In this document: positions 27,600-37,832 of the stretch, in pieces
Layout: every line of letters starts with the position of its first letter
How positions within the stretch are numbered: position 1 is the first letter of the stretch
From: Methanothrix sp.
GTDB lineage: Archaea > Halobacteriota > Methanosarcinia > Methanotrichales > Methanotrichaceae
Assembly: GCA_040770465.1 (NCBI GenBank)
Contig: JAXGJB010000013.1
Span: 1-58,979, forward strand
Reading direction: 5' to 3'
DNA length: 58,979 nt
Translations under genes and position numbers: made by a program
The notes under the pieces: model-generated
What the model saw: the letters and a program-made list of their open reading frames with translations, nothing else
Databases searched by the model: none
What the model was told of the DNA's origin: nothing

Positions 27600-28061
27600 A
27601 TGCAGATGAAGGCCATCGATCCGGAAAGGATCTCCATCGAAGAGATGATAGAGCAGGCCGCCGAGTTTCACGGCCACCTCGGCCCCTTCCTGGTCCTGGG
27701 GGTCAGGATGGGGATTTTTGCCCTGAGAGGCCTCGGATCCTCCGGGTATGAGGGGATTTTTGCCCTGGTCAAGACGGGAGATACGCCCTCGCTCTCATGT
27801 ATCCTCGACGGGATTCAGATCTCCACGGGCTGCACCATGGGGAAGGGGAACATCAATACTATACCCCTGGGCCGCGCTGAGGCGGAGTTCTCGTCCGGCG
27901 ATGAGGTGGTCACGGTCAGAGTGAAGAGTCCGATCCTCGATGAGATCAAAAGGTGGAGGGAGTGCTACTCGACGCTTGAAGAGGTCGCCCGGAGCATCTC
28001 CACCAGGTCGGACGAGGAGCTCTTCGAAGCTGCAGTTGGGCGAGAAGAAGAAGAAGAATGA
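27600..28061 (+). CDS. FmdE family protein
   Basis: FHGHLGPFLVLGVRMG, C..DGIQ.STGCT.GKGN. Confidence 0.88.
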   Translation: MQMKAIDPERISIEEMIEQAAEFHGHLGPFLVLGVRMGIFALRGLGSSGYEGIFALVKTGDTPSLSCILDGIQISTGCTMGKGNINTIPLGRAEAEFSSGDEVVTVRVKSPILDEIKRWRECYSTLEEVARSISTRSDEELFEAAVGREEEEE

Positions 28062-28126
28062 GAGAAGAAAAAGGGATTCCGGAGAGTACAAAAAGGTAAA
28101 TACATGCAGTGGGAAGGATATCTGAT

Positions 28127-28672
28127 ATGGCAAAAGCGCCGGAGAGGGTGACGATAGCCCTGGACGACGAGACCGCAAAGCTCTTTCGGGAGATGAGGGA
28201 GCGTCTGGGGATATCTCAGAGCGAGCTGATGCGGGAGGCTCTCAAGTTCTACAGCAGGCACAAGGCCCTCTTCGACGCGGCCGACGAAGAGAAGATCTAC
28301 GCCTACTCCGATCTCCTCGCCGTCGGCGAGCACATCATCATCGACATCGACCACTGGATCCTCTTTCTCAGCTTCATCGACACCCACCCGGAGAAAGAGA
28401 AGTTCTGGGAGATGCACAGGAAGGTATCTCAGGCTCACGCCGAGGAGTTCAAACAGAAGAATCACAAGCCTGAGACGGTCCTGAGGAGGCTTGAGCTCTG
28501 CAACCTCTTCAAGCTGAGCAAGACCTCCGACGCCGACTTCACCCTCCTCCTCGGTTACGACATACCGAAGAAGTTCGTCATGACGGAGATCGAGGACATC
28601 TTCTCCAAGATGGGAGTCAAGGTGGACATAAAAGAGGACTTCTCAAAGCTTAGGATCAGGATCCTTCCCTGA
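28127..28672 (+). CDS. ribbon-helix-helix (CopG-type) transcriptional regulator
   Basis: ERVTIALD...SQSELMREAL N-terminus plus a conserved archaeal C-terminal domain. Confidence 0.8.
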   Translation: MAKAPERVTIALDDETAKLFREMRERLGISQSELMREALKFYSRHKALFDAADEEKIYAYSDLLAVGEHIIIDIDHWILFLSFIDTHPEKEKFWEMHRKVSQAHAEEFKQKNHKPETVLRRLELCNLFKLSKTSDADFTLLLGYDIPKKFVMTEIEDIFSKMGVKVDIKEDFSKLRIRILP

Positions 28673-28765
28673 CTCTCATTTAAGTATCGGACCGCCGCCG
28701 AATTCCTATTTTCTTCTGAAGATCCTTCGATCCACCTTCGCATTTTCTCTAAATAGCTCGGAGCT

Positions 28766-29719
28766 TCACCTGCGGCGGAGGACCGCCTCGGCTGCCGCCT
28801 CGATGGCTTCTCTGGAACTCCTGCTCGGCGACCAGCCCAGCTTCTCCAGCGCCTCTATCGAGAGGAGCATCGTCTTTACATCCCCCTTCCAGCCGCGGCC
28901 TTCCACGCCGCCGGTGTACCTGTATTCGACCCCAAAAAGCCCCATCTTCTCGACGACGACGTCAGCGATCTCGGTAACGTCCACCGAATCTGTTGAACCC
29001 ACGTTGAAGACGTTGACCCCATCTCGAGCTTTTTCGAGGGCGAATATCATGGCTTCGACACAGTCCTGGACCAGGAGATATGACTTCCTCTGCCTCCCCG
29101 ACCCCAGGATCTCGAGGGTCTCCGGGTTGGTCTCCAGTTTCCTTATGAAGTCGACGATGACCCCGTGGGTCCCCCTCTCGCCGACGATGTTGGCGAACCT
29201 GAAGATCACCGACCTCATATCGAAGGTGGCGCAGAAGGCCGATATCAAGGCCTCGCAGGCGAGCTTCGACGCCCCGTAAAGGGATATGGGAAGAAGCGGG
29301 CCGTAATCTTCGGGGGTCGGGACGATCTTCGCCTCGCCGTAGACGGTGGAGGTGGAGGTGAAGGCGATCTCGGAGACGCCCATCTTCCGCATCGAGTCGA
29401 GGAGGTTGTAGGTGGCGATGACGTTCTGGTCGAGGTGGGTCCGGGTGTCCTCGGCCCCGATCTTGACGTCGGGGTTTGCGGCCAGGTGAATGACGAGGTC
29501 GATCCCCTCCAGGGCCGCCTCGACGGCTCTCCGGTCGAGGAGGTCTGCCTCAACGAGCCTGAATTTGGAGTCTGGTATGTGGCCCTCGATGAACTCCATC
29601 TTTCCGGAGCTGAAGTTGTCCAGGACCGTGACCCTGTTCGACTCGATGAGCCGGTCGACGAGGTGGCTTCCGATGAAGCCCGCGCCGCCCGTCACCAGGA
29701 TGGATCTTCCTTCAATCAA
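28766..29719 (-). CDS. NAD-dependent epimerase/dehydratase (GalE-like extended SDR)
   Basis: TGGAGFIGSHL, HLAA, STSTVYG, YGASK. Confidence 0.92.
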   Translation of the reverse strand: MIEGRSILVTGGAGFIGSHLVDRLIESNRVTVLDNFSSGKMEFIEGHIPDSKFRLVEADLLDRRAVEAALEGIDLVIHLAANPDVKIGAEDTRTHLDQNVIATYNLLDSMRKMGVSEIAFTSTSTVYGEAKIVPTPEDYGPLLPISLYGASKLACEALISAFCATFDMRSVIFRFANIVGERGTHGVIVDFIRKLETNPETLEILGSGRQRKSYLLVQDCVEAMIFALEKARDGVNVFNVGSTDSVDVTEIADVVVEKMGLFGVEYRYTGGVEGRGWKGDVKTMLLSIEALEKLGWSPSRSSREAIEAAAEAVLRRR

Positions 29720-29826
29720 ATCGGTTCGCCTCGATGGGGATTTTGAAGATGGAGAATTTTACCGTGTCGGTCGGTGGGAATTTGAAGATGGAGACTTTGA
29801 CGGTCCCGGTCGGTGGGTTCGGATGA

Positions 29827-30621
29827 TCAATACGAAGAGGCGCACCATCTCTCAAGCCCCAGGAGATGGGCGGCCCCGGCGATGGTCGTCCCGTAGAATA
29901 CGACCCTGGACCCGTATCGATCCGCCAGATCCAGAAGGCCGTCGATGGTCCCGTTGACGAGGGTCGTTCCCGTGATCAGAACGAGAGGCGACCTCTCGAA
30001 GAGGAGTTCGGGGCTCAGGCCGTCAATGACTTCGATCCCGAGACGGACCTCTCCGGCACATTCGAGATCGGAGACCATCACCCTCTCGGGCCCCAGGATC
30101 TCCACCAGAGTGGATAGGAGGGCGGGCTGCATCCCCACCAGCCCCACCCGGTCCGCGCCTTCCTCCTTCAGCCATCTGCCAAGGGCCGCGGCACAGTCTG
30201 CGGGTCCGGCATCCCTGCAGTGGACCGTCCTCTCCACGATCCCCAGGTTTCGTAGGACGGCGTTGATGGTGGCGACGAGGAGCGCCCGATTGAGGGCGTC
30301 ATCCAGCGGCAAGGCCAGCACCTCTTCGAGGGTCCCGCTGAAGACCCCGGAGGCTGAGGTGAAGGCCTGGCCGAAGGACCCCCGATACTCCGCCTGCAGC
30401 AAGACCTCTTTTCCCCTCAGGATGGGAAAGTCGTCCCGTTCGGGGGAGCCGATCGCCTCAAAAGCTGAGAGGGGGCGGGTCGCCACCACCCGGTCGTCCA
30501 GCTCTCCCCGAGATACGCCCGTCTTCAGACACCATCGGTCCAGATCGGCCGCAAACCGGTCTCTTGCGACCTCAAGAATATCCGGGGTTCCTGTCTTTTC
30601 ACCCTTCATCTTCAAACTCAC
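29827..30621 (-). CDS. DUF364 / Rossmann-like putative heavy-metal chelation protein
   Basis: ATINAV, TVHC, LITGTTLVNGT, FYGTTIAG. Confidence 0.75.
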   Translation of the reverse strand: MSLKMKGEKTGTPDILEVARDRFAADLDRWCLKTGVSRGELDDRVVATRPLSAFEAIGSPERDDFPILRGKEVLLQAEYRGSFGQAFTSASGVFSGTLEEVLALPLDDALNRALLVATINAVLRNLGIVERTVHCRDAGPADCAAALGRWLKEEGADRVGLVGMQPALLSTLVEILGPERVMVSDLECAGEVRLGIEVIDGLSPELLFERSPLVLITGTTLVNGTIDGLLDLADRYGSRVVFYGTTIAGAAHLLGLERWCASSY

Positions 30622-30646
30622 ATCCGATCATCAATGACATCATCGC

Positions 30647-30705
30647 CAGCATATCATTTCATCTTCATAGTCAGCATATCATTCCGTCTTCATAGTCAGC
30701 ATATC
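30647..30705. repeat. 25-bp imperfect tandem duplication at the fdhD 3' end
   Basis: CAGCATATCATT(T/C)C(A/G)TCTTCATAGT x2 plus partial. Confidence 0.8.
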
Positions 30706-31496
30706 CTTCCTTCGCCGGAGTAGACGTAGAGCTTCGGCCTCCTGGCGAAGGCAGCGAGGGTCATGTCAAGCTCTTTGGCAAGCTCGACCCCGGTGTTGAG
30801 GGGAGCCGCCCTGCTGACCACTATCGGAAAACCGGCAAAGGCCGCCTTGGATACCATGAGAGAGGAGAGCCTTCCTGTGGTTACCAGGGCGGACCTCGAC
30901 AGATCGGCCCCGGCGAGGAGGGCGGACCCTGTGGATTTGTCCACCGCCGAGGATCGGCTGACGTCCTCGCAGAAGAAGTCGGCCTTCCCGTCCTCGCCAA
31001 GCACCAAAGCCGAGTGGGTCCCTCCCGTCCTCCTCCAGAGGAGGGCGCCCTCGTTGATCCGGTCCAGGGCGCCGAAGATCATTTCGTGGCTGATCTTCAG
31101 GTCTGAGACGGTCCGATGAAATTCTTTCTGGACCGTTCGGCCCTCCCCCTCACAGATGACGACGTTTCCCTCCGCCCTGACCGAGTCGAGACTTTCGGTG
31201 CCATCGATCAGCCCCTCGCAGACGAGATGGCCGACGGCCAGCTCTTCAAGCTGGGTCGGGAGGCAGAACAGCTCCGCCACCTCCGTCCCGTTGAGGTGGA
31301 CGGCTATCCTCTCCTCGACGGCCAGGTCCACCTCCAGGCTCCGCCTCCCCGAATCCGATATCTCGGTGCACCTCACCGTCTCAAAGACGGCGGCGGGGTC
31401 GAGCCTCGCCTCCCTCCAGAACTCCTCAGGCTCCTCAATCCTCTCGGCGTGCCAGCTCTCTTTCATCCTCACTCCTCCCGGAACCTCATCGTTCAT
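30696..31496 (-). CDS. fdhD: formate dehydrogenase accessory sulfurtransferase
   Basis: LEELAVGHL..EG, TGGTHSA, EDV.R..AVDK, TTGRLS, SRAAP. Confidence 0.9.
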   Translation of the reverse strand: MNDEVPGGVRMKESWHAERIEEPEEFWREARLDPAAVFETVRCTEISDSGRRSLEVDLAVEERIAVHLNGTEVAELFCLPTQLEELAVGHLVCEGLIDGTESLDSVRAEGNVVICEGEGRTVQKEFHRTVSDLKISHEMIFGALDRINEGALLWRRTGGTHSALVLGEDGKADFFCEDVSRSSAVDKSTGSALLAGADLSRSALVTTGRLSSLMVSKAAFAGFPIVVSRAAPLNTGVELAKELDMTLAAFARRPKLYVYSGEGRIC

Positions 31497-33532
31497 GACT
31501 TCGCGGATATCCTGCAGGCTGCGACCTTGTACTCCGGTATCTTCGATATGGGGTCCAGAGCGTCGGAGGTTACGAGGTTCGCATCGTTGAAGTGGAAGGG
31601 CATGAACGCCACCCCGGCCTTCACCCGATCGGTGAGCTTCGCCTTAGCCTCCACTTCGCCCCTCCGGGTCGAGACGACGACGGGATCGTCCTCGGAGATT
31701 CCGAGGGCCGACGCCTCCTCCCGGTTCATCTCGACGTAGAGGTCGCCCTCCCTTCGGAGGAGGGGGAAGCTCCGCGAGGTCATGGCCGCGTTGTTGTAGT
31801 GGAGGACGACCCTTCCTGTCATGAGGAGGATCGGATACTCGGGGGTTGTGGTCTCGGCGGGGGGGCTGCCGCGGACTACCGCGATCTTCGCCCTGCCGTC
31901 GGGGGTCGGGAATCCTTCGGCGTGGAGGATCTCGGTCCCCGGATGCTCCGGGCTCGGGCAGGGCCAGAGGAGCCCCCCGATCCCTCCGATCCTCTCCTTT
32001 GTCATGCCGCCGTAGGCGGGGATGATTCTGTTGATCTCCTCGAGAACCGCCGACGCGTCCGGCCGGCCGAGTTGGAGGCCCAGCCGGTCGGAAACCTCGC
32101 AAATGATCGACAGCCCCTCCCTCGCCTCTCCGGGCGGCGCTATCGCCCGGTCTATCCACTGGACCCGCCGCTCCATCGAGGTGTAGCTCCCGTCCTTCTC
32201 CGCCCAGGCCGCCGCCGGCAAGACGACGTCGGCCATCTCGGCTGTCTTCGTCATGAAGATCTCCTGGACCGCCAGAAACTCCAGCCCCTCCAGGGCTTTC
32301 CGGGTCTTGCCGATGTTCGGATCGCAGACGGCAGGGTCCTCGCCGATTATGTACATCGCCTTCAAGGAGCCGTCGATCGCAGCCTCCATCATCTCCGTCG
32401 AGGTGAGGCCGGGGCCGAGGGGCAGATCTGAGACGCCCCAGGCTTCCTTGAATAGCTCGACCGACGCGGGATCAGCAGCCCTCCGATATCCGGGATAAAA
32501 CTCGGCGATGGCCCCCACGTCGCACGCCCCCTGGACGTTGTTCTGGCCCCTCATCGGCATGATCCCGGCCCCGGGCCTTCCCACCTGGCCACAGATCAGG
32601 GCGAGATCGGTGCAGGCCCTGACGTTCTCGGTGCCGCAGACGTGCTGGGTGATCCCCATGGAGTAGAGGAGGGCCGAGGCCGAAGAGCCCGCAAAGAGCC
32701 GAGCGGCTCGAGCGATATCGGCGGCCGGGACCCCGCAGGCTTCTGCCGCATCATCGACCGACATCCCTGCAAGGCTCCTCGAAAGCTCCTCAAACCCCGT
32801 CGTCTTTTCCGCGACGAATTTTCGATCGACGAGGCCGAAGTCGATGACAGCCCTCATCATGCCCCTGAGAAGGTCCATGTCCGTCCCCGGCCTGATTCTC
32901 AGGTGGAGGTCCGCCATCCAGGATGTGGATGTCACCCTCGGGTCGGCGACGACGACCTTCGCCCCCCGATCTCTTGCCCTCTGGACCCATCTCGACACCA
33001 CCGGGTGGGCCTCGGCGAAGTTCGTCCCGATGGCGAAGATGCATCTTGAGTTTGCGAGGTCGGCGATGTTGTTGGTCATGGCGCTGGTGCCGAGGGACCC
33101 GCCGAGACCGACGACGCTGGGGGCGTGGCAGAGCCGGGCGCAGTTGTCGACGTTCGGCGACCCCAGAATCCTCGCCATCTTGGCGAAAGCGTAGTTCTCC
33201 TCGTTGTTGCACCTCGACGAGGCGAGAAAGCCGAGGGATGCGGGGCCGTGATCCCGGAGGCTCTTTGACAGCCCCTTCGCCACCAGGTCCAGGGCCTCCT
33301 TCCAGGTGACCCTCTCCCAGCCGTCTCCGACCCGCTTGAGAGGATAACGGAGCCGGTCTCGGCTGGTCAAAACGTCCAGGACCGCGTTCCCCTTGGGGCA
33401 GAGGGCCCCCTCGGTCGTCGGATGGTCTGTCATGTACCTTATGCCGACGGGCCGGCCGTCCTCCACCTCGATGTAATACCCGCAGCCAACAGCGCAGTAC
33501 GGACAGATCGAGGCCGCTGATCTTCGCGTCAT
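31493..33532 (-). CDS. fdhA: formate dehydrogenase alpha subunit (Mo/W-bisPGD, Cys ligand)
   Basis: CPYCAVGC...LCPKG, NCARLCHAPS, RGQNNVQGACD, PEYKVAAC. Confidence 0.92.
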   Translation of the reverse strand: MTRRSAASICPYCAVGCGYYIEVEDGRPVGIRYMTDHPTTEGALCPKGNAVLDVLTSRDRLRYPLKRVGDGWERVTWKEALDLVAKGLSKSLRDHGPASLGFLASSRCNNEENYAFAKMARILGSPNVDNCARLCHAPSVVGLGGSLGTSAMTNNIADLANSRCIFAIGTNFAEAHPVVSRWVQRARDRGAKVVVADPRVTSTSWMADLHLRIRPGTDMDLLRGMMRAVIDFGLVDRKFVAEKTTGFEELSRSLAGMSVDDAAEACGVPAADIARAARLFAGSSASALLYSMGITQHVCGTENVRACTDLALICGQVGRPGAGIMPMRGQNNVQGACDVGAIAEFYPGYRRAADPASVELFKEAWGVSDLPLGPGLTSTEMMEAAIDGSLKAMYIIGEDPAVCDPNIGKTRKALEGLEFLAVQEIFMTKTAEMADVVLPAAAWAEKDGSYTSMERRVQWIDRAIAPPGEAREGLSIICEVSDRLGLQLGRPDASAVLEEINRIIPAYGGMTKERIGGIGGLLWPCPSPEHPGTEILHAEGFPTPDGRAKIAVVRGSPPAETTTPEYPILLMTGRVVLHYNNAAMTSRSFPLLRREGDLYVEMNREEASALGISEDDPVVVSTRRGEVEAKAKLTDRVKAGVAFMPFHFNDANLVTSDALDPISKIPEYKVAACRISAKS

Positions 33533-33548
33533 CCGACCACCTGCCTCC

Positions 33549-34856
33549 TCACCTCAATTCCCTGACCCGGTCGAAGATCTGGCGGAGGGTGTCCTCGTTG
33601 CTCCCGGTGAAGGGGAAGGGAGAGGAGGCGAAGGGCCTGAAGTAGACGGGGACGTCGTCGAGGCGATAGAATGTCCCGTCGCACTCCATGGCGTCGATCA
33701 CCCCGGGAAGGACCACGTCTGAGACGAGGGTCGTTGGGCATGGGGCGATGTCGATTGTTACCGTCGGGATCTCGGCGAGCCGCTCAGCGCAGACCGCCGG
33801 AAAGTGGGAGACGAGGTCTGCGGAGACTATCAGGGCCGCGTCCACGTCTTTTTCCCTCAACAGGTCCACGGCGGAGTACTCGCCTGGGTTGTACCGAGGG
33901 TAGCCCCGGGCGAAGTCGAGGGCGAAGGGGTAGCCGTAGAGGTAGGACGCCATCTGGTTGAACCCGGCGACGTTGCAGTGGCCTCTCAGGGCACCGATGA
34001 CGAACTTGGTGGTGCCGTTCAGCTCCTTGACCAGGTTGAAGGCGAGCTCCGCGTTCCGGTGCTTGCCGAAGGATGAGGCGATCCCAAGGCCCACGTAGAT
34101 CGTACCGAAGTTGCAGCCCTTCATCATATCCAGCATCTCCTCCATGACGGATATGGGAACCCCGGTCGTCTCCTCGACGGACGGGTGAGGCCTCTTGCCG
34201 TGGAGGAGGGTGAGAAGGGCTGATAAGAGCTCGTAGTCGGAGTTCGGTTTCAGCTGGACGAAAAGGTCGGAGTTCTCGGCCGTCGGCGACCTTCGGGGGT
34301 CGACGGTGATCACAGTCCGATCAAACCTCCCCCTCCGGGTCCAGTGACCCCTCGGGTAAATTGCGTAGCGGGACATGTGGCGCGGCATCGACTCCAGGGG
34401 GTTGGACCCCCAGTAGACGGCGAGGTCGCCTCTTATCTTGCTGTTTCCAGCCGTCGCCCCGACCCTTCCAGCCTCCTGGATCCCCATGGCCGTCGGGCCG
34501 TGGCAGACGGTGGAGTTGGAGTCGACGGCTGCTCCGAGGAACTCGCCGAGGTGCAGCCCCACCTCCATCGCCTCGCAGCTGGTCTCGCTCCCCATGAAGA
34601 GGAGGGGGCGTTTCGCCTCGACCAGGATCTCGGCCGCCCGATCGATCGCCTCGTTCCAGGCTGCTGCCTTCTTTTCGCCGCCCACGGTCATCATCGGCTC
34701 TCGAATCCTGTGGGCGCTCACAAGCTCGTGGAACTTGGCGTTACCCATCTTGCAGGCGTTCTTGACCGTCAGGCGACCTCCGTCCAGCTCCACCTGGATG
34801 TCGTCGCAGGAGGCGCCGCAGACCGGACATATTACGTTCTTAATGACCACGTTCAC
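33549..34856 (-). CDS. fwdB: formylmethanofuran dehydrogenase subunit B
   Basis: CPVCGASCDDI, VCHGP, NPLESMPRHMSRY, LRGHCNVAGF. Confidence 0.93.
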   Translation of the reverse strand: MNVVIKNVICPVCGASCDDIQVELDGGRLTVKNACKMGNAKFHELVSAHRIREPMMTVGGEKKAAAWNEAIDRAAEILVEAKRPLLFMGSETSCEAMEVGLHLGEFLGAAVDSNSTVCHGPTAMGIQEAGRVGATAGNSKIRGDLAVYWGSNPLESMPRHMSRYAIYPRGHWTRRGRFDRTVITVDPRRSPTAENSDLFVQLKPNSDYELLSALLTLLHGKRPHPSVEETTGVPISVMEEMLDMMKGCNFGTIYVGLGIASSFGKHRNAELAFNLVKELNGTTKFVIGALRGHCNVAGFNQMASYLYGYPFALDFARGYPRYNPGEYSAVDLLREKDVDAALIVSADLVSHFPAVCAERLAEIPTVTIDIAPCPTTLVSDVVLPGVIDAMECDGTFYRLDDVPVYFRPFASSPFPFTGSNEDTLRQIFDRVRELR

Positions 34857-35245
34857 CCCCTCCTCATCATCATCTTTGTGATCTCCTCGGCGCTCAGTAC
34901 CTCATCTTCGGTGGGCTCGATGGTGACCGGTGCCCCTTTGTAGAGGGGCGAGCCCGTCGAGAATGTCTCGGGGTCGACGACGACGTTCGCCCAGATCGCC
35001 CTGGGCATGAAGACCTGACCCGGCGGGACCGACCCGTCCTCCCGGGCCCGGACCGCAACAGACCGCACGCCATCCGCCGCCAGGACCCTGACCCGATCGG
35101 GCCGACCTAGGGCGTCGAAGTCTGCGGGATTTATGGTGCAGACCGCGCACTCTTCGGCGTAATCTGCGGTGAGCTTGTCTCCGCCCTTGGCGAGCCTCCC
35201 CTCGTTGATGGTGCTACCGCTGTTCAGCTTGACAGCCAGGCTCAT
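34853..35245 (-). CDS. fwdD: formylmethanofuran dehydrogenase subunit D
   Basis: LNSGSTINEG...FMPRAIWANVVV...TGSPLYKG. Confidence 0.9.
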   Translation of the reverse strand: MSLAVKLNSGSTINEGRLAKGGDKLTADYAEECAVCTINPADFDALGRPDRVRVLAADGVRSVAVRAREDGSVPPGQVFMPRAIWANVVVDPETFSTGSPLYKGAPVTIEPTEDEVLSAEEITKMMMRRG

Positions 35246-36066
35246 ATCATCGCCTCCTTGACGTACAGGACCCCCTTCGGGTTCTTGCTTATGGCGTAAT
35301 CTCCGGTGAACTTGGAAAACTTCCCTTCGATCTTTCTATCGCCGACGGTCGGGTCGCTCTCGGTGCCCGCTGCTACAAAGCCGGGGGCGAACTGGTGGAT
35401 TCTGCCCAAGACGACGATCGATCCGCCGACCATCTCGGCTCCGACGCCCCGGACGGCGTCTTTTCCCACGACGATCAGGCCGCCGTTCTGCCGGATACCG
35501 CAGAAGTTCTCCACGCTTCCATAAACGACGATCTCGCCGCCGGCCATACCACCGCCGAGCTGGCTCTTCGCGTTTCCGTGGATCAGGATCTTCCCTCCGG
35601 TCATCCCCCGCCAGCTACCTCGGTAGGCTGAGCCGGCGTGGTCTCCTACGTCGCCTCCGACTTCGATAAGTCCTCCGGTCATGTTCATCCCGGCCCAGGA
35701 GCCGGCGTTCCCTCTCACCCGGATCTCGCCTCCGGCCATCCCCGAACCCAGGTGCATCCCGGCCGAGCCCAGAATCTCGATCCTGCCGGAGGTCATGGAC
35801 TGGCCGATCCTCTTGACCCGGGACGCGTCCCCGTCGATCTTGATCTCGACCCTCGATCCACCGTCTTCGGTCTCCTCATCTTTGACCTCGATATCGAAGA
35901 ATGAGGATAGAGGCGCCTCTTTTGGTCCCTGCCATACCTTCAATTCGCCGATCTCTTTCTCCGACTTTCCGGCGAAGGAGTCGGGGGAGATCGATTCCGC
36001 CTCGATCATTATCTCGATCTCGCTTTTTGGGACGAGCCTCACTTTTTTGGTCAGAACCATCACCAT
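35242..36066 (-). CDS. fwdC: formylmethanofuran dehydrogenase subunit C
   Basis: GxxMxGG beta-helix repeats, GSAYRGSWRGMTGG; start reassigned to ATG 36066 (or 36060). Confidence 0.9.
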   Translation of the reverse strand: MVMVLTKKVRLVPKSEIEIMIEAESISPDSFAGKSEKEIGELKVWQGPKEAPLSSFFDIEVKDEETEDGGSRVEIKIDGDASRVKRIGQSMTSGRIEILGSAGMHLGSGMAGGEIRVRGNAGSWAGMNMTGGLIEVGGDVGDHAGSAYRGSWRGMTGGKILIHGNAKSQLGGGMAGGEIVVYGSVENFCGIRQNGGLIVVGKDAVRGVGAEMVGGSIVVLGRIHQFAPGFVAAGTESDPTVGDRKIEGKFSKFTGDYAISKNPKGVLYVKEAMI

Positions 36067-37832
36067 CCCCCCTCGGAGCCGTTGACGACGATAGGCTCGG
36101 GGTTTCTGAGGTACTTGTCCGGCACCGGGTAGTTTGCAAAGCCGATGGTGTAGTACTTGAACCACTCCCGAACGTCGGCCATCATATCTTTTGTGAGACC
36201 CTCGTCGACCTCGGGCTTGCAGTAGTACCTTCTGCCGTCGGGGACGGCGACGACCTCGCCCTGCCGGGCGACGACTTTGCCGTCCTTTATGGTCAGATCT
36301 GCCCGGCTGAAGGCCCTGATCACCTTCTCGGAGTCGTCAGGGTCGAACTTCTCGGGGTCGATCTCGTAGACGGCGACGTCGCCGTCGGCCCCGGCACCCA
36401 GGTGGCCTTTACGATGGGCGAGGCCGATGGTTCTCGCGGCGTTCGCCCTCGTGAGGATGGCGATATCAAAGAGGGTCATCTCCCTCTCGACCCCGCCGAG
36501 GCTCGACCGATCGTACCCCCACTTGTGGCACTCGGCAGCCGTTGCGTCTCTGGACTGCTTCGACAAGAGCCAGGCGATCACCTGGGGGTACTTGGTGAAG
36601 ACCCCGCCGTTGGGGTGGTCTGTGGTCATGATCGTCTTCCAGGGGTCGTCGACGAGAAGGAGCATCTCAAGGCCGATCGCCCACTGGATGGCGCTGATGG
36701 GGCTTCCTTTCAGGTAGGTGAAGGGGATCACCCCTGAGCCGCATTCCAGCTCGACGTCGGTGTTCGACCACTTCTGGCCCCCGATCCCGGCGAGGACGTA
36801 GAGGTCGTGGATCGAGGGTCCGTCGCCGGTCATGCAGGTGGCGGGGCCGAAGGGGACGGCTCCGTTGTCGATCACCACGTGGTCGGACTTGTTGACGTAT
36901 CTCGCGAGCGTCTCGGCTCCCGACTCGAAGTCCCTCCAGCTCGTGCCGCCGAAGGCGTTGAACTGGGCGTGGGCGAGGTAGACGCTCTGGGCTCGGTGGG
37001 AATTCATCTTCGTTTTGGCCCACTCGACCCCCATCTTCTGGGTGGGGCCGACGTCTGAAGCGACGGCCAGCGAGTCCTTTGTGATCTCCGAGTTTCCGGG
37101 GTGGCCGAGGTTGTTGGCGTGCAGGTGCAAAGACATGGGCATACCAAGCATCTCGTTCACCTCGGCGAGGCCGTGGATCATATCTCGGGCCGTCACCTCG
37201 AAGTGGATGTTCGGCTCGTCGAGGGAGTGGACGTTTTTGCCCCAGCCCCAGTTCTCGACCCCGGCGGGGTTGACGCACTTGATCCCGTAGGCTTTGTGGG
37301 TCAACATCATCCAGGCGACGTAGGCCGCGGCCTTCTCGATCTCGCCCTGGTGGAGGTAGCGCATCAAAAACCAGTTGTTCCCAAGGACGAGGTAGGCTCC
37401 CATGTCCAGCATCGGAGTCGACCTCATCTCCTCGTGGGTGTGCCGGGCCTCCAGGGGCGGCATCGCCGCCTCGAAGACGGTGGTGTAGCCCATCGCCGAG
37501 TAGTCGTACCCCTGCTTGTAGACGCTGGGGACGGTGTAGCCGGATCCCGAGTGGGCGACCGACGTCTTCGGCCGGACCGAGCCGATGTGGTCTTCGGGGC
37601 GCATCAACCGGCCGGCGTTCACCTTCGCCCCGGCGATGTGGGCGTGGGAGTCGACTCCTCCGGGCATCACAGTCTTGCCCCGAGCGTCGATCACCTCGGC
37701 CTTCGCCAGATCGCCAGCCGATAGGTCTGCCACAATCTTTCCGTCCTTTATGAAGACGTCCATCACCTCGCCGTCGATCCCGTTGAGGGGGTCGAAGACG
37801 TGGCCGTTCTTGATAACCATCGTCGACATCAT
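36060..37832 (-). CDS. fwdA: formylmethanofuran dehydrogenase subunit A
   Basis: PGGVDSHAHIAG, K.VNPAG, HLHANNLG.PGN, TTDHPNGG. Confidence 0.95.
   Translation of the reverse strand: MMSTMVIKNGHVFDPLNGIDGEVMDVFIKDGKIVADLSAGDLAKAEVIDARGKTVMPGGVDSHAHIAGAKVNAGRLMRPEDHIGSVRPKTSVAHSGSGYTVPSVYKQGYDYSAMGYTTVFEAAMPPLEARHTHEEMRSTPMLDMGAYLVLGNNWFLMRYLHQGEIEKAAAYVAWMMLTHKAYGIKCVNPAGVENWGWGKNVHSLDEPNIHFEVTARDMIHGLAEVNEMLGMPMSLHLHANNLGHPGNSEITKDSLAVASDVGPTQKMGVEWAKTKMNSHRAQSVYLAHAQFNAFGGTSWRDFESGAETLARYVNKSDHVVIDNGAVPFGPATCMTGDGPSIHDLYVLAGIGGQKWSNTDVELECGSGVIPFTYLKGSPISAIQWAIGLEMLLLVDDPWKTIMTTDHPNGGVFTKYPQVIAWLLSKQSRDATAAECHKWGYDRSSLGGVEREMTLFDIAILTRANAARTIGLAHRKGHLGAGADGDVAVYEIDPEKFDPDDSEKVIRAFSRADLTIKDGKVVARQGEVVAVPDGRRYYCKPEVDEGLTKDMMADVREWFKYYTIGFANYPVPDKYLRNPEPIVVNGSEGGW

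Noticed and set aside
31493-34856. Selenocysteine recoding in fdhA/fwdB
   Set aside because: Both have Cys at the metal-ligand position and no in-frame TGA
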